A stretch of DNA of 63,119 nucleotides, the filler included, from Cercozoa sp. M6MM (taxonomy: Eukaryota > Protista > Endomyxa: Ascetosporea): the NCBI GenBank assembly GCA_040357565.1. It is 8 parts of 8 records of this genome, joined end to end, with 100 filler letters (N's around TTAATTAATTAA, not from the genome) between each part and the next. Parts side by side here need not be neighbours in the genome. Positions count along the whole stretch, not along the records: positions 1 to 4,476 come from JBDODJ010001129.1; positions 4,577 to 21,530 come from JBDODJ010000274.1; 6 more parts are not named here. One strand, 5' to 3'. Below are positions 1 through 15,310 of the stretch, in pieces. Positions within the stretch are counted from its first letter, which is position 1, and every line of letters begins with the position of its first letter. The position numbers were made by a program, and so were the translations under genes. The notes under the pieces are model-generated. The model searched no databases, had not been told where the DNA came from, and was given only the letters and a program-made list of their open reading frames with translations.

Positions 1-50
<50 letters not shown>

Positions 51-80
51 GAGGGAAGGGCAAGGAGCGGGAGGAGGGTG

Positions 81-2384
81 TACCCGCAGTTGCAGTCGGT
101 GTCGCCATGCCAGCGATTTCACTGCCAACAGTGCCGCCACCAGCAAAGCCGATGACTAGGCAGGGGGGGGGGGGTAAAGGTAAGGGGGGTAAAGGGATGT
201 AAGGGGTGGGGGTGGGGGTGTCAGGGGGGAAAGGAACCACGAGCATCCACAGAGCGAAGAGGTTCGACTGCGCCGGTGTCATGGGAGCCTCGGCCGTCGC
301 CAGTGCCAGCAGTGTCACGCGGTGTGCCAGCAGCACGAACTACTTTGTTCACTTGTTGTAGCCACAGGTAGGACTACACTAGGCAGTAGGTAGGAAGGGA
401 ACAAACCAGCTCGTTCGCATTGTCTGACAGACGACGGTAGGGCCACACCACCAGTTGCAGCCTGGGGAGGGGTAAAGGGGTAAGGGGGTAAAGGGGGTAA
501 GGGTAAAGGGTAAGGGGGTAAAGAGGTAGGGATACACGAGGAACAGCGTCGTTGCCAGACCCGACAGGAAGAGCATTCTACGCACATACACACAGGCACA
601 TATGTGTACATATGCATACATACATACATACATACACATCGATATATATATATATATACAGACATACATACACACGTACATACATACAGATATACATGCA
701 TACATACATACAGACACACATACATACATACATACCTGGACATACATACAAATACAAATACATTATACATACATACATACGTACTTACATACACACACAT
801 ACATACATACATACATACATACATACATACATACATNNNNNNNNNNATACATACATACATACATACATACATACATACATACATACATACACACATACAT
901 ACATACATACATCATTTACATACATATAATGAGGGGGGGGGTAAGTACTGCTCTGTTTCGTTGTTGTTAACATTGACGAATACAATCACCAGCATCAACT
1001 ACGGATAGGGGTAAGGGATAAGAGAGGGGGTAAAAACGCTAACTGGAAAGGAGTGCACCGTTCGTCGCAGCAGCACAACGACCTCCCAGTAGTACACGCA
1101 CGGTCGGTACACCTATCCAGGGGGGAGGGTAAGGATCTGGGGGGGGGGGTAAAATACAAAGCAACCTCCGTCAGCACGCCAATCTGCCTCTGCGCCTCCG
1201 CTGCGAAGAGAGTCTGAACACCAGGGGGGTAAAAAGAGGGGGGGGGGGTAAAGGGGTAGAGGGAATTAAGGGGGTAAGGAGCGGGGTAAGAACGCACCTG
1301 TCGCCGGAAGCGTCGTCGCAGCACGAGAAACAGCCAAGCCGGAATGCCCAGTCCGAACACCTGCCAAGGTATTAAGGGGGGGGGTAAACTGGGGGGTAAA
1401 CTGGGGGTAAACCGTCCTACCAGACCAAGCACGGCCATGGCCAGACGTGTCGATTTGTACGAGGCTACAAGTACCTTGTGTCGCCCCCTTAACCAAATGG
1501 GGGGGGGTAAGTATACCAGAGTCACACGACACCGACGGGTACTCTTTCAGCACCTCACGACCGTCCTAGGGAGGAGCAAGGGAGTTAGAGGGGGGGGGGG
1601 TAAACCCCGCACACACGGCTACCAGTCCAGCGGCGGTGCAGCCAAAGACGACCTGGATCACCACGTCCAACACGGCGGCGTAGCTGCCGATCAGCAGGTA
1701 CAGTGCCTGCGCACACACAACGCTTGTTCGCACGGACAAAAACAACAACAACAATAACAACAACAGCAGCAACAACAAACAACAAACAACACAACTACAA
1801 AAACAAACAACAACAACCAACAACAAAAAACAACAAACAACAACAAACAAAACTCATAAAAAACAACACACAAAAAAAAAACAACAACAACACCACAAAA
1901 AACAACGAAAAACTACAACAACAACAAAGAAAAGAAAAGAAATGAAAAAACAACAAAAGTTACAGTGCGTCGGAAGGCCACTTTCGCATCTTCGAAACGC
2001 TCTGCGAAAACACAGGCAACATTTACCCCCCACTTTACCCCCTTACCCCCCTTTTACCCCCCCCCCAGTGAAAGGACTCGAGTGCACCACGATTGACAGC
2101 GAATTTCACGAGCAGCACGACGCCCAGCATGGCCTGTATTCAACACACGAACAAGCTTGTTGTTTTCGTTGTTGTTTCAGTACAAAACAAACAAACAACA
2201 AGGGGGGTAAGTACCATAGTGAAGATCGGAGTGAAGGCCGACATCCAGATACGCGTCATTGGTCTGACCGTAGGGGAAGGGTAGGGGTACAGGGGGGTAA
2301 AGAGGGTATGAGGGAAGAAGGAAGGGGTAAGATACGAAGCACGTCCGTAGCACATGCTGCCACCCGTGATGGCCATGATGTCTG

Positions 2385-2429
<45 letters not shown>

Positions 2430-2444
2430 TATATACGTATACAT

Positions 2445-2477
<33 letters not shown>

Positions 2478-2703
2478 CGTAGACATATACACACATATAT
2501 ATATATACATATACAGACATAATACAGATATACATATACATTTAGATTGATATAATACACATATAGATGTAATATATACTGACGTATAAACGAAGGTACC
2601 CAACGAGAACAGTCCAAAGAACAGCTTGGCCAGCCACCTGTATACCGAGGGGATAAAGGGGGTAAAGTCAAGTGCAAGAAGGTCACACACACACACACTA
2701 CAC

Positions 2704-2770
<67 letters not shown>

Positions 2771-4330
2771 GTACCCAGTGATGGAGACATCGATGGCACC
2801 AGCGAACAGTTTGCTACATGCGCAATGATAGGAGGAAGAGGGGGCAACGAAGTCCAAGTACCTAATTTGCACGTAGTACAGCAGAATTCGCACTGACGCA
2901 TCTCTACACAGAAAGCTGTACTGCAAAAGAAAAGAAGGAGGGGGTAAAGGTAGGTGATACCGCAAGTGTTGTGCCAGCACGTGCACCACCTGTTCCACAC
3001 AACCGGGGGGGGGGGGGAGTAAGAGAAGGACAAGGAGGTAAGAGGGACAAAGCCTACCGACACGTACACCAAGTACATAAAGAGCACGAGCAAAACGTTG
3101 CCAGCCACGCTGTGCATTTCCTTCATGAGTCAGCATACACAGCATGAGGAAGGACAGTTGGTACCTGCCATCACTGTCGCACTTGATGCACGCATTGCCC
3201 CTGTGTTGCAACAGTAGACAAGGCTGACCATAGGCAGAGGGAAAAAGTACCACTCGTAGTAACCATCTAGACACTGTCCGCACAGCGAGTTCTGCCGCAA
3301 CACATACGTACACTCCCAAGAGAAGGTAAAACCTGGGGAGGGGTCTACCTCGTCGGCATGCTGACGGTTCGGACCACTACAGACAGGCAGGGTGAGAGGG
3401 AAAAGAAGTAACACCACTGGCGGACGACAGTAGGGTACCAGCATGTGCGCGGCAGAGGCTCGCCTCCCTCGGCCGTGACGACTGGACATTTGTTGCCCTG
3501 ACAACAACACACTCTTTCATCAGTCAAGAACACACACTCAGTCAGGAAACTACCGAGAGGCAATGCTGGCCCGTCTTGCATCTGTAGGCGCCCACACGAC
3601 CAGTTTCTGGGTCGTAATCCAGCCAAAAGTCTACACAGCGCACACAGATTAGCGCACGGTTTGTAGTTTTTGTAGCCACTTCGTACTTTGCTGTGCCAGG
3701 ACCTGGCCATCGAAGCAGTTCGCGCCACGTGGGCACGTCTAAAGGCCATACACTTACATCTGCGATCTGATAAAGTGGAGCATAGGAGGTAGGACACCAA
3801 GCAAGGACCAATGACTGCCCCTTTAGACCGAGGTGCATACTGTCCGCGCGGACAGTTCTGACACGTGGCCAGTGCAGACACAGGCTGATACACACCGTCC
3901 TGAGTGGCTCGGATGGTGTTGGACCCGAAGCACGAACTGCACTGCGCCTGCACAAACACATGCATGTCCAAATGTACCCGAATCTGTCCCGTCCAATGTG
4001 TACCATGCCACTGGCGTCAGTGAACTCAAAGAAGCCGCAGTCGATGCACTCACTTTGAGTCACCTCCTGTGTTACACATCAGAGCAGTTGAACCTGTTGC
4101 CCTCATAACACCCTCCCCCGCAGTACCTGAGATGAGGAGTCGTAGCGCAGTGAGGCGTAGGTGCCTGCCTCGCAGTTGCTACACACCAACAAGGAGGTAG
4201 TAGCTATAGGGGGAGGGATTAAAAGGGACATACACGCAAGCATAGCCGCCTGTGGAGACAGCACCCTCGGTACACTCGACACACTCGGCGTACTGTCCAC
4301 AAACACGGGTGTACATCAAGGCTATATGCG
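81..4330 (-). CDS. Multi-exon membrane protein: Cys-rich (CxxC repeat) extracellular region followed by a multi-pass TM region; probably partial at both ends
   Basis: Exon peptides [43 protein letters not shown], then hydrophobic segments [37 protein letters not shown] and [17 protein letters not shown]; GT-AG introns. Ends approximate. Confidence 0.55.
600..930. repeat. (CATA)n/(TA)n microsatellite tract with a 10-N gap, intronic
   Basis: Directly visible tandem CATA units; N at 837-846. Confidence 0.95.
1736..1960. repeat. (CAA)n/A-rich low-complexity tract, intronic
   Basis: Directly visible. Confidence 0.9.
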
Positions 4331-4476
4331 TGTATAAGATTAAGGAAAACTACGTTGCTCGTCGAAGGTTCGTGGTGCATTGAACAGGCACGATAGCTAA
4401 TTATAAAAACTCGTATATCGGGGGGGGGGGGGTGAAACTTGCAGCCAAGGCGGTCGTGGGTTGGGGTGGCTGTGGC

Positions 4477-4576
4477 NNNNNNNNNNNNNNNNNNNNNNNN
4501 NNNNNNNNNNNNNNNNNNNNTTAATTAATTAANNNNNNNNNNNNNNNNNNNNNNNNNNNNNNNNNNNNNNNNNNNN
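4477..4576. other. Artificial contig spacer N-TTAATTAATTAA-N; also at 21531-21630, 34509-34608, 39438-39537, 43205-43304, 49308-49407 and 61282-61381
   Basis: Identical 100-nt block with a six-frame-stop linker, seven times. Confidence 0.98.
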
Positions 4577-4616
4577 AAAAAACCGAACTGCAAACCACAC
4601 AAATCAGTCTAAACTA

Positions 4617-6314
<1,698 letters not shown>

Positions 6315-6435
6315 CTCAACTTTGTGTGTCACTTGGTCGTCTCAACGGACCGTCTAGCGTCACAAGACTGTTGCTTAGTGCAATTTGCGTCAACTCGGAC
6401 GTCTCGCGTGATGTTGCGCGTTTGCGGGCCCACCG

Positions 6436-6486
6436 CGAATTTTCGATTGAGCCCATACGCTGAATTTCGAGCCGATGGAATTTTCG
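6436..6486. promoter_or_regulatory. Two nGAAnnTTCn heat-shock-element-like dyads upstream of Hsp70
   Basis: cGAAttTTCg at 6436-6445 and gGAAttTTCg at 6477-6486, about 120-170 bp upstream of the ATG. Only two pentamers each, so weak. Confidence 0.3.
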
Positions 6487-6802
6487 TTTTTTACACAACG
6501 ATCAACTCAGGCATTATTCCCGACGTCACTGGCGGTTTACGTTTGAGACGCAAGTTAGAGAGATCGAACACGCTCTAACTTTAGAAACGGTTAAGGATCG
6601 AACACATGGGCCCTCGGCGGTATCGATCCCGGGTATCGATGGTATCCGGATCGGTCGTCTCGATGGGTCGAACGACCGTTTGTGAAGCTTAGATCGACGA
6701 CGCAGGTGTCATGGCATCGGCAAATCTCAGTAGCTAGAATTAAAGCAGAAAGTGAAGCGGTAAGATGAATCTGCCGATGACGCATTAGGCAATTGGAGGA
6801 AA

Positions 6803-7350
6803 AATGAAGAAGTTGGACAGTGGCTTCGATACCAATCCAGACAAGAAGATGGCGCCGTTGCCGGCCACAGACAGAATCGCTGCCTGTGTAAACCCTGCAG
6901 AGCGGGTGGCGCCGCAAACGATCGCGACAATGATACCGACGGCCGAAAGCAGCATACTATCATTTCATTGAAGTAAAATTATCCACCCGACCTTGGACAA
7001 ACTGAAAAAGACCATCATCAAGAGTACGGTGTACCTCACAAGCAGGCAAAGACGCGCCTTTTGTGGAGCGCTTTGGTCCTTGTAGGCCATGCTCTCACCT
7101 TCTATAACCTTTGTCGAAAAGTGTTCGAGTTTGATATTATCAGCTGAACTTTAGTTCGGGCTATTTTAAATTTAGTTACCTCAAAGTCGAAAAGATTCAT
7201 GGTAATGACGCCGATCGTTGCAACCAGAGGTAGCACCCACCTTTGCACAAAAGACGTAACATACAGCAGTAGGCCAGTCTCAAAGACGGTGCTTATGTTA
7301 CATAAACGGCGCCCAACCCAGGTCATTCACCATTTGCGAGTTTACGACTA
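6803..7350 (+). CDS. Possible small multi-exon hypothetical protein
   Basis: ATG at about 6803 and plausible GT-AG-joined frames ending RVYD*; no homology recognised. Confidence 0.25.
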
Positions 7351-7879
7351 GCATCCAACCAACTCCAAACTGCACTCAGTCACATCGGCACGTGAGTCAC
7401 GTGAGTAAACAGGTGCAAGTGAATCCAAAGGGTACAAACGAATTAGAGGACATACGAACAGCCCCGCAAACGCCGACACAACTCTCTCGATGTCATCAGG
7501 TTTGAATCCCATCCTTTGACTCGAAATGTGCTGCTCTTCGCTGTGTGACTTTGAGTGAAGCAAGTAGCACCGGAGGTACACAAAGCTGTGATACAAGTCC
7601 GTACAGCCGAAGCACGCGCTAGCAGTTTTTGTCGGTGCTAAATTGCCGAGTTTCGCACTCCTAAAACGCGTGCTTGCCTGCCGTGCGTGCGACTGAATGG
7701 TTCCGTCCTTTCGCTCTCGGACTTCGAGCGATGCAAGTTGATTATTCGAGCGATGCAAGAGATGGTGGGGTTGGAATTCCGACCGACGCGACGGCTGGGC
7801 GGGCATTTTCATGATTTACCGGTACCCCAATGGTAGCTTTAAATTCCTCGTCGCGTTACAGTAGATTGCCGCGCGTTAC

Positions 7880-8694
7880 CTACCAGAACTTGAGCGTGCG
7901 ATGCCGCAGCAGGTGCGCGAGTAAGCAGACGAGGAAGACGTAGAGCCAGATGATGGTAGCAGCAGGCAGAGGAGGTACGAACACGGTGCGCATGGAGAGG
8001 TTGACGGCACCCGTCATGAAGTTCGCCAGCATGAAGATCACCAGTGAGTTGCTGCCCCCAGAGGAGGATACAGGGGACAAATCAACCCAAGAGACACAGA
8101 GACCGAGACACATACCGATTGATAGAGTCAAAGAGACGCACATGTGCCGAAGCATGCCGTTGCCGCGACGCAAGCGATGTGTGCAGCAAGGCAGCGAGCG
8201 CAGCACACGAGGTACCGACCACCACGAGCACGTAGGACAGGTTGCACTGCTTGCGCGACACTGGCAGCAGCTGCGTCGTGTGCAGGCCTTGTGCCGACAG
8301 CAAAAGCACCAGTGCCTGGTCCGTGTACACACACACATATATATATACATTGTAATGCTATTGTAATAAAAATACATAATAGATACAATGTGCCATACGG
8401 TTTGCCAGAGGCGTCGCGTGAGGCGTCGCCACTCTGGCACAGCCTGGGTGCCACGTCGCAGCGTGCGCAGCCGCAGCGACTGCACGTGCTGTCCGAGTGT
8501 CATGGCGGCGCAGTGCAGCGCGAAGAATCCGAGGCACGACGAGATGCCCTCACGATTGGCCAGGAACAAGGTGTCACGAGGCAGCGACTTGTCCTCCACG
8601 AGGACCGACACTCCGACCGCCGACAGCAGCGCCTGGTGCAATGCCAGGCAGCACACGGCCCACAGGAGACACCTGCAGCAACACCGTGTGTGTG

Positions 8695-8740
<46 letters not shown>

Positions 8741-9709
8741 ATACCGACGTGGCTGAATGACGGCATTCAGGATCGCCACGACGGCCAGTGTGCAGAAGAA
8801 GTTCCTACCACAGGAGCAAGAGGGCAAGGAGAGTAGAGTAAAGCAACATTAGCAGGGACAGGGAGGTACCAGTGCACTCCGTACTCGGACACGTGCTGTT
8901 GGTAGCCGACGTAGTGCAGCACAACGAAGCGCAGCATGCCCAGCACCAGCATCGGCAGTGCAGCACTACGCACACGCTTTCAACTCGCCTCTTTTGCACA
9001 CGGACACAGACACAAACAGCCACACAACAGAAGCATGGTACGACAGGTTGCGTCGCAACTGCGTGAAATAACGCCTCGTTTTCGGCTGGCCGTCCGCGCG
9101 GATCTGACGCGACACCAAGCCACCGGCAAACACAAAAGCACCTGCTCGAACAGAAGTTGAACAGGCAGAGAAACGGCAGAGAAAGAAAGCGCACCGACTC
9201 CCATGTCCATCGGCGAGAATCCGAATCGCTCTGTTTTCGCAAAGCGCCGCGGAAACACGCGAAAGTCGACCGCGAGAATCGCAGTCACCTACCGCAAACA
9301 CACGCACACACACACACACACGCACACACACACAGATAAGGCAAGTCAAAGCGACAACTAAAGGGAGACTACCGTGAGTAGCATAAGCGACGCGCGGAAC
9401 TGCGAAAGAAAGTGCAAACGCGGCTTTGAGAATTCGGCCACAATCGCCGCTTTCTGTGTTTTCAACAATACGAATTGACAGCACAGACACAGAAAAACAC
9501 AGACACACAGACACAGACACAAACACAGACGCAGACACAGACACAGACACAGACACAGACACAGACACACACACACACACACACAGCTTCTGATCCAGGG
9601 TACATCATTGTCAAACACGACTTGTTTCGACAGTGCGTACACGATGAGTGCAGCTGCAAGCACCCACAGCACTGCCGAGACTGCCCACTGTACATGTGCA
9701 TCCAAACAA

Positions 9710-9741
<32 letters not shown>

Positions 9742-10396
9742 ACAAAGAGAGTACAGAGGGAGTGCAGAGATCGCGCACGAAAAGCAGAACGAGCGGTGTC
9801 ACCAGCCACGCGAACTCAAGCAGGAAACGGCGCCACTCGGTTTTGGCCTACGTTTCAAGTTTTCCTTTGTTTGAACAACTTCAACACAGTGTGCATGTGT
9901 GCGTGTGTGTGTACCCACTGCATGAGACCCGGTGTCGCATTCTTCACGGCAGCAAACACCAGCACGGCCAGTGGCACTGAGAGTGCTCCCACCAACACCT
10001 GGCAGCACTCCAAAACACACACAAATGGAACACACCGACAGCACAAGTCAAAGCAGGCTACAGTCTCAAAGAGCGAGGTTCCGTCGGTGTCACTGACCCA
10101 CCTTTTTGATTGGAATAAACCGGACCCCAGTCAAGCACACAAAAGCTCACCAGAAAGAGACTGTGGGTACCACTCCTGTACTTGCTTGTACTCCTCTCGT
10201 GACAATGTCAAGTGATCTCCACGCTCTACAAACGCTGCTACGGCACTCCCCATGTCATCCGCGCGGATGCCGCTGCACATAGACCTCAAATGCCACAAAA
10301 TACCCGCGATCTGCTGTTGCATGATGGCTTGCATGCTTGAGATAAGATAATTGATATTTGGTACTACCTGAGGCCAAGTCGCGCCAGCACAGACAT
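7880..10396 (-). CDS. PIGW: GPI inositol acyltransferase PIG-W/GWT1
   Basis: [89 protein letters not shown]. Start approximate. Confidence 0.93.
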
Positions 10397-10487
10397 GTTA
10401 ATAGCCAAAAAACAACACGTCCGTCTCACCACACCACAACACGCTGCTTTTAGCGCTCTTTTTTCAGTCCGGCTCGCAGAGCCGAAG

Positions 10488-12490
10488 ATGCCGGTGTCAT
10501 ATTCGACTCCAGACAGGTTGCCAGGTGTGCCCACAAGTGTGTGGTGATATTCTTACAGATTAGCGCGTTAAGCTCGCCTCAATTACGTGGGCCGATCACC
10601 TGACATGCTGGACGTTCTTCGCACAAAAGTACGCGAATCGATCCCTCTGCCATTTGTCTCTGGATGCCTCAAATCTCCGTTCAAACGCAGTGCGAAAACG
10701 GCGAAGTGTCGCACGAAGAGCGCTTTAGCGCTTGGCAGCAGCTGCTTGGAGTGGACCAAGCCACTCAGGAGCAGCGCTACGCCGAGTTGACTCAGAAGTA
10801 TGCTTTCGCTGGTCTGGTCTGACCTGTCCGCGCGGACGATTCTATCTCTAGGTACACGACGGCCCCTGACCAAGAAGACAACGACGATCCTTTGAGTGAT
10901 AAGCCTGATTCGGTACACTAACTCACTGTCTGTCAAAGCGTGTGTGTGTTACTGTGTTTTCAGGCTTGGAGAGCGTTCTTCGACGACGAAGCGCTTCGCG
11001 ACACAATTCGACTCGATTTGACGGTCTGTTTTGTCTTAAACTTTTTCGTTTCATGTCTACTCTCTTCGTGTTTCACAGAGAACGCACCAAGGCAGCGAAT
11101 TGTTCAAGTGCTTGCCCGTGCAGGAAGTGAGTTTGTTACTGGAAAGAGCGCTGACAGTTTGACACGTGATTCTTTCTTTGTTCAGTGCATGCTGCGTGTG
11201 CTGTTCCTGTGGGCCAAGATGAACCCGACCACGTCATATCGCCAGGTTAGTTGCGCAGTACTAAGCCTTGCCTCCGCGTTTGACTGTGTGTGTGTGTCAA
11301 CAGGGCATGCACGAGCTGCTGGCCGTGTTGGTCTATGTAGCACTTCAGCCGCAGTCTCTCGCTGATGAGCCGGTCAGCAACGAGCAAACCTTGCTGCATG
11401 TACCACTCACACTTCAATCAGTCATTGCTATGTGATCTGTGTGTGTGCGTGTGTGTGTGTATGTGTGTGTGTGTGTGCGTGTGCGTGCAAGCAGGAGCCC
11501 GCCTTGTTCGCGTCGTTCGAAGCGCTGATGTGTCGCATGCTGCCGTTCTACCTGGTGACGAAACGGCGTCGCGGAGAGGTGCGACTTGTGTTTGCACTAT
11601 AGTATACATATACACCGCATCTATATATATATATATACATATATATATATCTAATCTAGATATATAGATATACAGAGATAGATATCTAGTATTTGTCCTG
11701 TATTGGCAGAAACCACAGGAGGGTCAGCCGAAGCTGCAGCCGCTTCAAGCGCGCTGCGAACGCATGCAGCGGTAGCAAGTTTTGGACTTGCTTGTCGACC
11801 CTCAGATAGGCTTACGTAGCTGTGTGTATTGAATGCAGACACCTGCTACCGCAAGTGGACAAGGCACTGTCCAAGCACATCGAGGACTCGGTACGGTCGC
11901 TTTGTTTTATTTTGTGCATGTGTGGGTGTGTCAGCAGTCGGTGATGTTTGCAGGGTGTGGAACCGCCCGTGTACGCACTCCGCTGGGTGCGCCTGCTGTT
12001 TGCACGCGAGTACTATCAGTCCAACTCAGTCTGCTCTCTCTGCTGACACACATGTCTGTGTGTGTGTGTTTGCGACTGAAGGTTCCACCTACGTGACACG
12101 GCGTGTGTGTGGGACGTTCTGTTTGCGCGTTGGAACTACCAGGGTACATAGCAAGTACCTGGGAGGTGTGTACTCTGTGGGGTGTGTACCTGTTTGACTG
12201 TGTCATTCGTTTCCTTATGGTGCGAAGAACGAGAGGAGACAGTGGATGGAGACAGCGACTTTCTGGACTACATGTGCGTCGCTCTGCTGTGCTACATTCG
12301 CGAGCAGCTGATCCACGGTGTGTGTGTATTGCATAGTAATAGCAGTTGTGTTGTACCTGACTGTGCTTTGCGTGCGGTGTGCAGGTGACTACACGCAGTG
12401 CATGCGGCGTCTCATGAAGTACCCGCCTGTCGAAGATGTCGCTGTCATTGCACAGCAGGCTGTGCACTTTGTACCTACCTCCCACACACG

Positions 12491-12533
<43 letters not shown>

Positions 12534-12699
12534 GTATGCATGTATTTTATTTCGATGTCTATTGGTTGGTGGTACAGGCGGAAGGCGGCACAGTGAGCAA
12601 CGTTGAGAACGAGAGCATCGTTGCTAACACTGACGGTGTGCCACACACCTGCACGTACGCCAACAGCAACAGCAACAGCGGCAGCAGCAGTATCCCTGT

Positions 12700-12740
<41 letters not shown>

Positions 12741-13673
12741 ACAGCAACACAAGCAGCAGTCGCACCACGCCCTCCAGCAACACTCCCGTCAGCAGCGGTA
12801 GCAGCATCGTTGGCAGCGCTGTCAGCACTGTTGGTACACATGAGTACTGGTGTTGTAAAGGTCTCTGACCTAATGTCCGCTGTGTAGGCACCTTCCTGCG
12901 AAGTGCCATGCCGACATACACGCCGAGTCAGACCACGGGGACCAGGAGCAGAGGCACCAACAACCTGCGACAGACGCTGCCTCGTACCGCCACCCCAACA
13001 TGCTGGGCATCCCTACCACCTATCTGTGTGATGTGGTGCTTCTGCAGAAAGGAGAGCCGTGCAGGATGAAGAGATGCGTCAAATGCGCCGTGTGCAGCGG
13101 TACCTTTGCTCAATCTGCCTGTGTGTGTTGTGTGCAGAGTGACCGGTCGGTCATGACCTTGTTCAGTGAGCTGGCGCGACGTATCGACGGCGTCGTGGAA
13201 CACCTGCAGCGACGTGAGATCACGGACCACATTGCCGATACACACGTACGCACATTGTGTTCATGTCCTCCCCCTCCCCTCCCTCTGTGTGTTGGCGTGT
13301 CTGTGTCACTTGGTCTACGCATAAACACACACACACACAGGCACTGGGCGGAGTGCTGCAGGCGATTGCCCACATGAAGCAGGTGCGCGAGGTGCTTCGA
13401 GGTACTGTACTGTACACGTTCAAGAGAGACACCTGGACAGTGTTTAACGTGTGCAGGCACCCTGATGCTAGACGACTGCAGCTGGATCATCGGCGGTGCT
13501 TCTGTCGGTATCAGTGCTTTCCTCCCCACAGCTGAAACGATAGATGTTTTATGTGTGTGTGTGCGGATGTACTAGGCACCTACACCGCCGAAGATGTCGA
13601 AGACATTGTCGAAGAGCACGACGGTAACGGTGCGCCAAACTTTGACGATGATCCGCTCGGTGCCATGATCTAA
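10488..13673 (+). CDS. TBC-domain RabGAP, TBC1D5-like
   Basis: IRLDLT-RT Arg finger, SYRQ-GMHELL Gln finger, YALRWVRLLFAREY, VWDVLF, CMRRLMKYPPVEDV; C-terminal DDDPLGAMI*. Confidence 0.88.
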
Positions 13674-14065
13674 ACCGACTGACTGGTCAGTTTTTTTGTC
13701 GCGGACCAACGCAAATCCATAGTTTTTGTACCCCTAGAACGTAATTACGCCGTAATTACGCAGCGTGTTTAGCTTCATTTGGCAATCTTAGCCGCTTTAG
13801 TTGTGCTCAGCATAATTGAGTCATGTTTTGGCATCGGCTCCGAATACTGCAGTTGCTGTTCGGTATCTGCTGGTGTCGCATTTGGTTTTTAAAGCTCCGT
13901 TACCGTCATCGTAATGCGGCATAATCGGTGCGTAATGTCCGCCTGGTTCTCGGGGGTACATCCATGATCGGATTACAAATCGAATAAAGATACAGTCAGT
14001 CGTTGGCAAAATAAGTTAACACGGACACGCCGATCATGATCGAATGAAACTCATTGCGGCGGTGC

Positions 14066-15262
14066 CTACTCGTCCTGCTTGCTCTCGAGGTCCTCCTCGG
14101 CGGCAGCGTTCTCGGCGTTCTGCTTGACGGCCTCGAGCACGCGGTGGTAGTACTTGGCCTTGAGCTTGTCCGACAGCTTCTTGAGTCGCTTCTGCTCCGC
14201 CCAGATACATACACACATAAGTGCACACAGACACAGACACAGACACAGACACAGACACAGACAAAGCACACATGCTTATGATAATCTATATCTGGACAGG
14301 AAGCACCTCCGGGAAGGTGCGCAGCAGGTGCCACGCCAAGTCGAGCGACTCCTGGATCGTGCGGTTCTCGTAGCCGCCCTGGTCAGGCAGAAAAACGCAT
14401 GACAGCAATCCCTGGGGGGTAAAGGGACAAAGACGCTACCTGTCGCACGAACTGATCCTCGAACTTGTCGTGGAACTCGAGGAAGAGGAACTCCTCCTGC
14501 GCACACACAAGCACAGTCGCAGGTACAGTGGGCAGTGCAACACGTCCCCTTAAATAAAACGCTTCCCCTTAATGAAACTGTGTACCTCAGAAAGCGCCTC
14601 TTCACCAACGACGGACTTGAGCGCGAGCGTGTCCTTACCACGCGCGTAGTTGGCGTACAACTCGTTCGACACCGGGTAGTGGTCGTCGCGCCTGTCATAC
14701 CCAAGGGGGTAGGGGGGGTAAGGAACAAAAGCAGTAGACAGTACGTCATCTTGGGACCGATGGCGGATTTCATGAGACGCGATAGTGACGGCAGCACATT
14801 GATGGGCGGGTAGATACCCTTGGTGTGCAGTGTGCGATCGATGAAGATCTGGCCCTCCGTAATGTAGCCTGAGGGGGGGCAAGGGTAACACAGTAGGGCA
14901 GGGGACAAGTGGGAGGAAGTATACCCGTAAGATCCGGGATGGGGTGCGTGATGTCGTCGTTCGGCATCGTGAGGATCGGGATCTGCGTGATACTGCCCTC
15001 ACGGCCCTGCACGCGGCCTGCTCTCTACACGTACACAAGTAGTAACACTGGCTACAAGATGGCTACAGGTGGTACAAAGAGACAGGACAGTACCTCGTAG
15101 ATAGTCGACAGATCCGTGTACATGTAGCCAGGGTAGCCACTGTTGCCGGGCACCTCATCGCGCGCAGCGGCCACCTCACGCAGCGCATCGGCGTAGGCCG
15201 ACATGTCCGTGAGGATAGTCAGCACGTGCATGCCTCGCTCTGTCCACACAGACGGTACACAT

Positions 15263-15310
<48 letters not shown>

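Noticed and set aside
315-1008. Long ORFs rich in CV, HT or YI repeats, here and throughout
   Set aside because: Translations of intronic microsatellites, not proteins.
4521-4532. Recurrent TTAATTAATTAA motif
   Set aside because: Always embedded in Ns; an artificial contig-joining linker.
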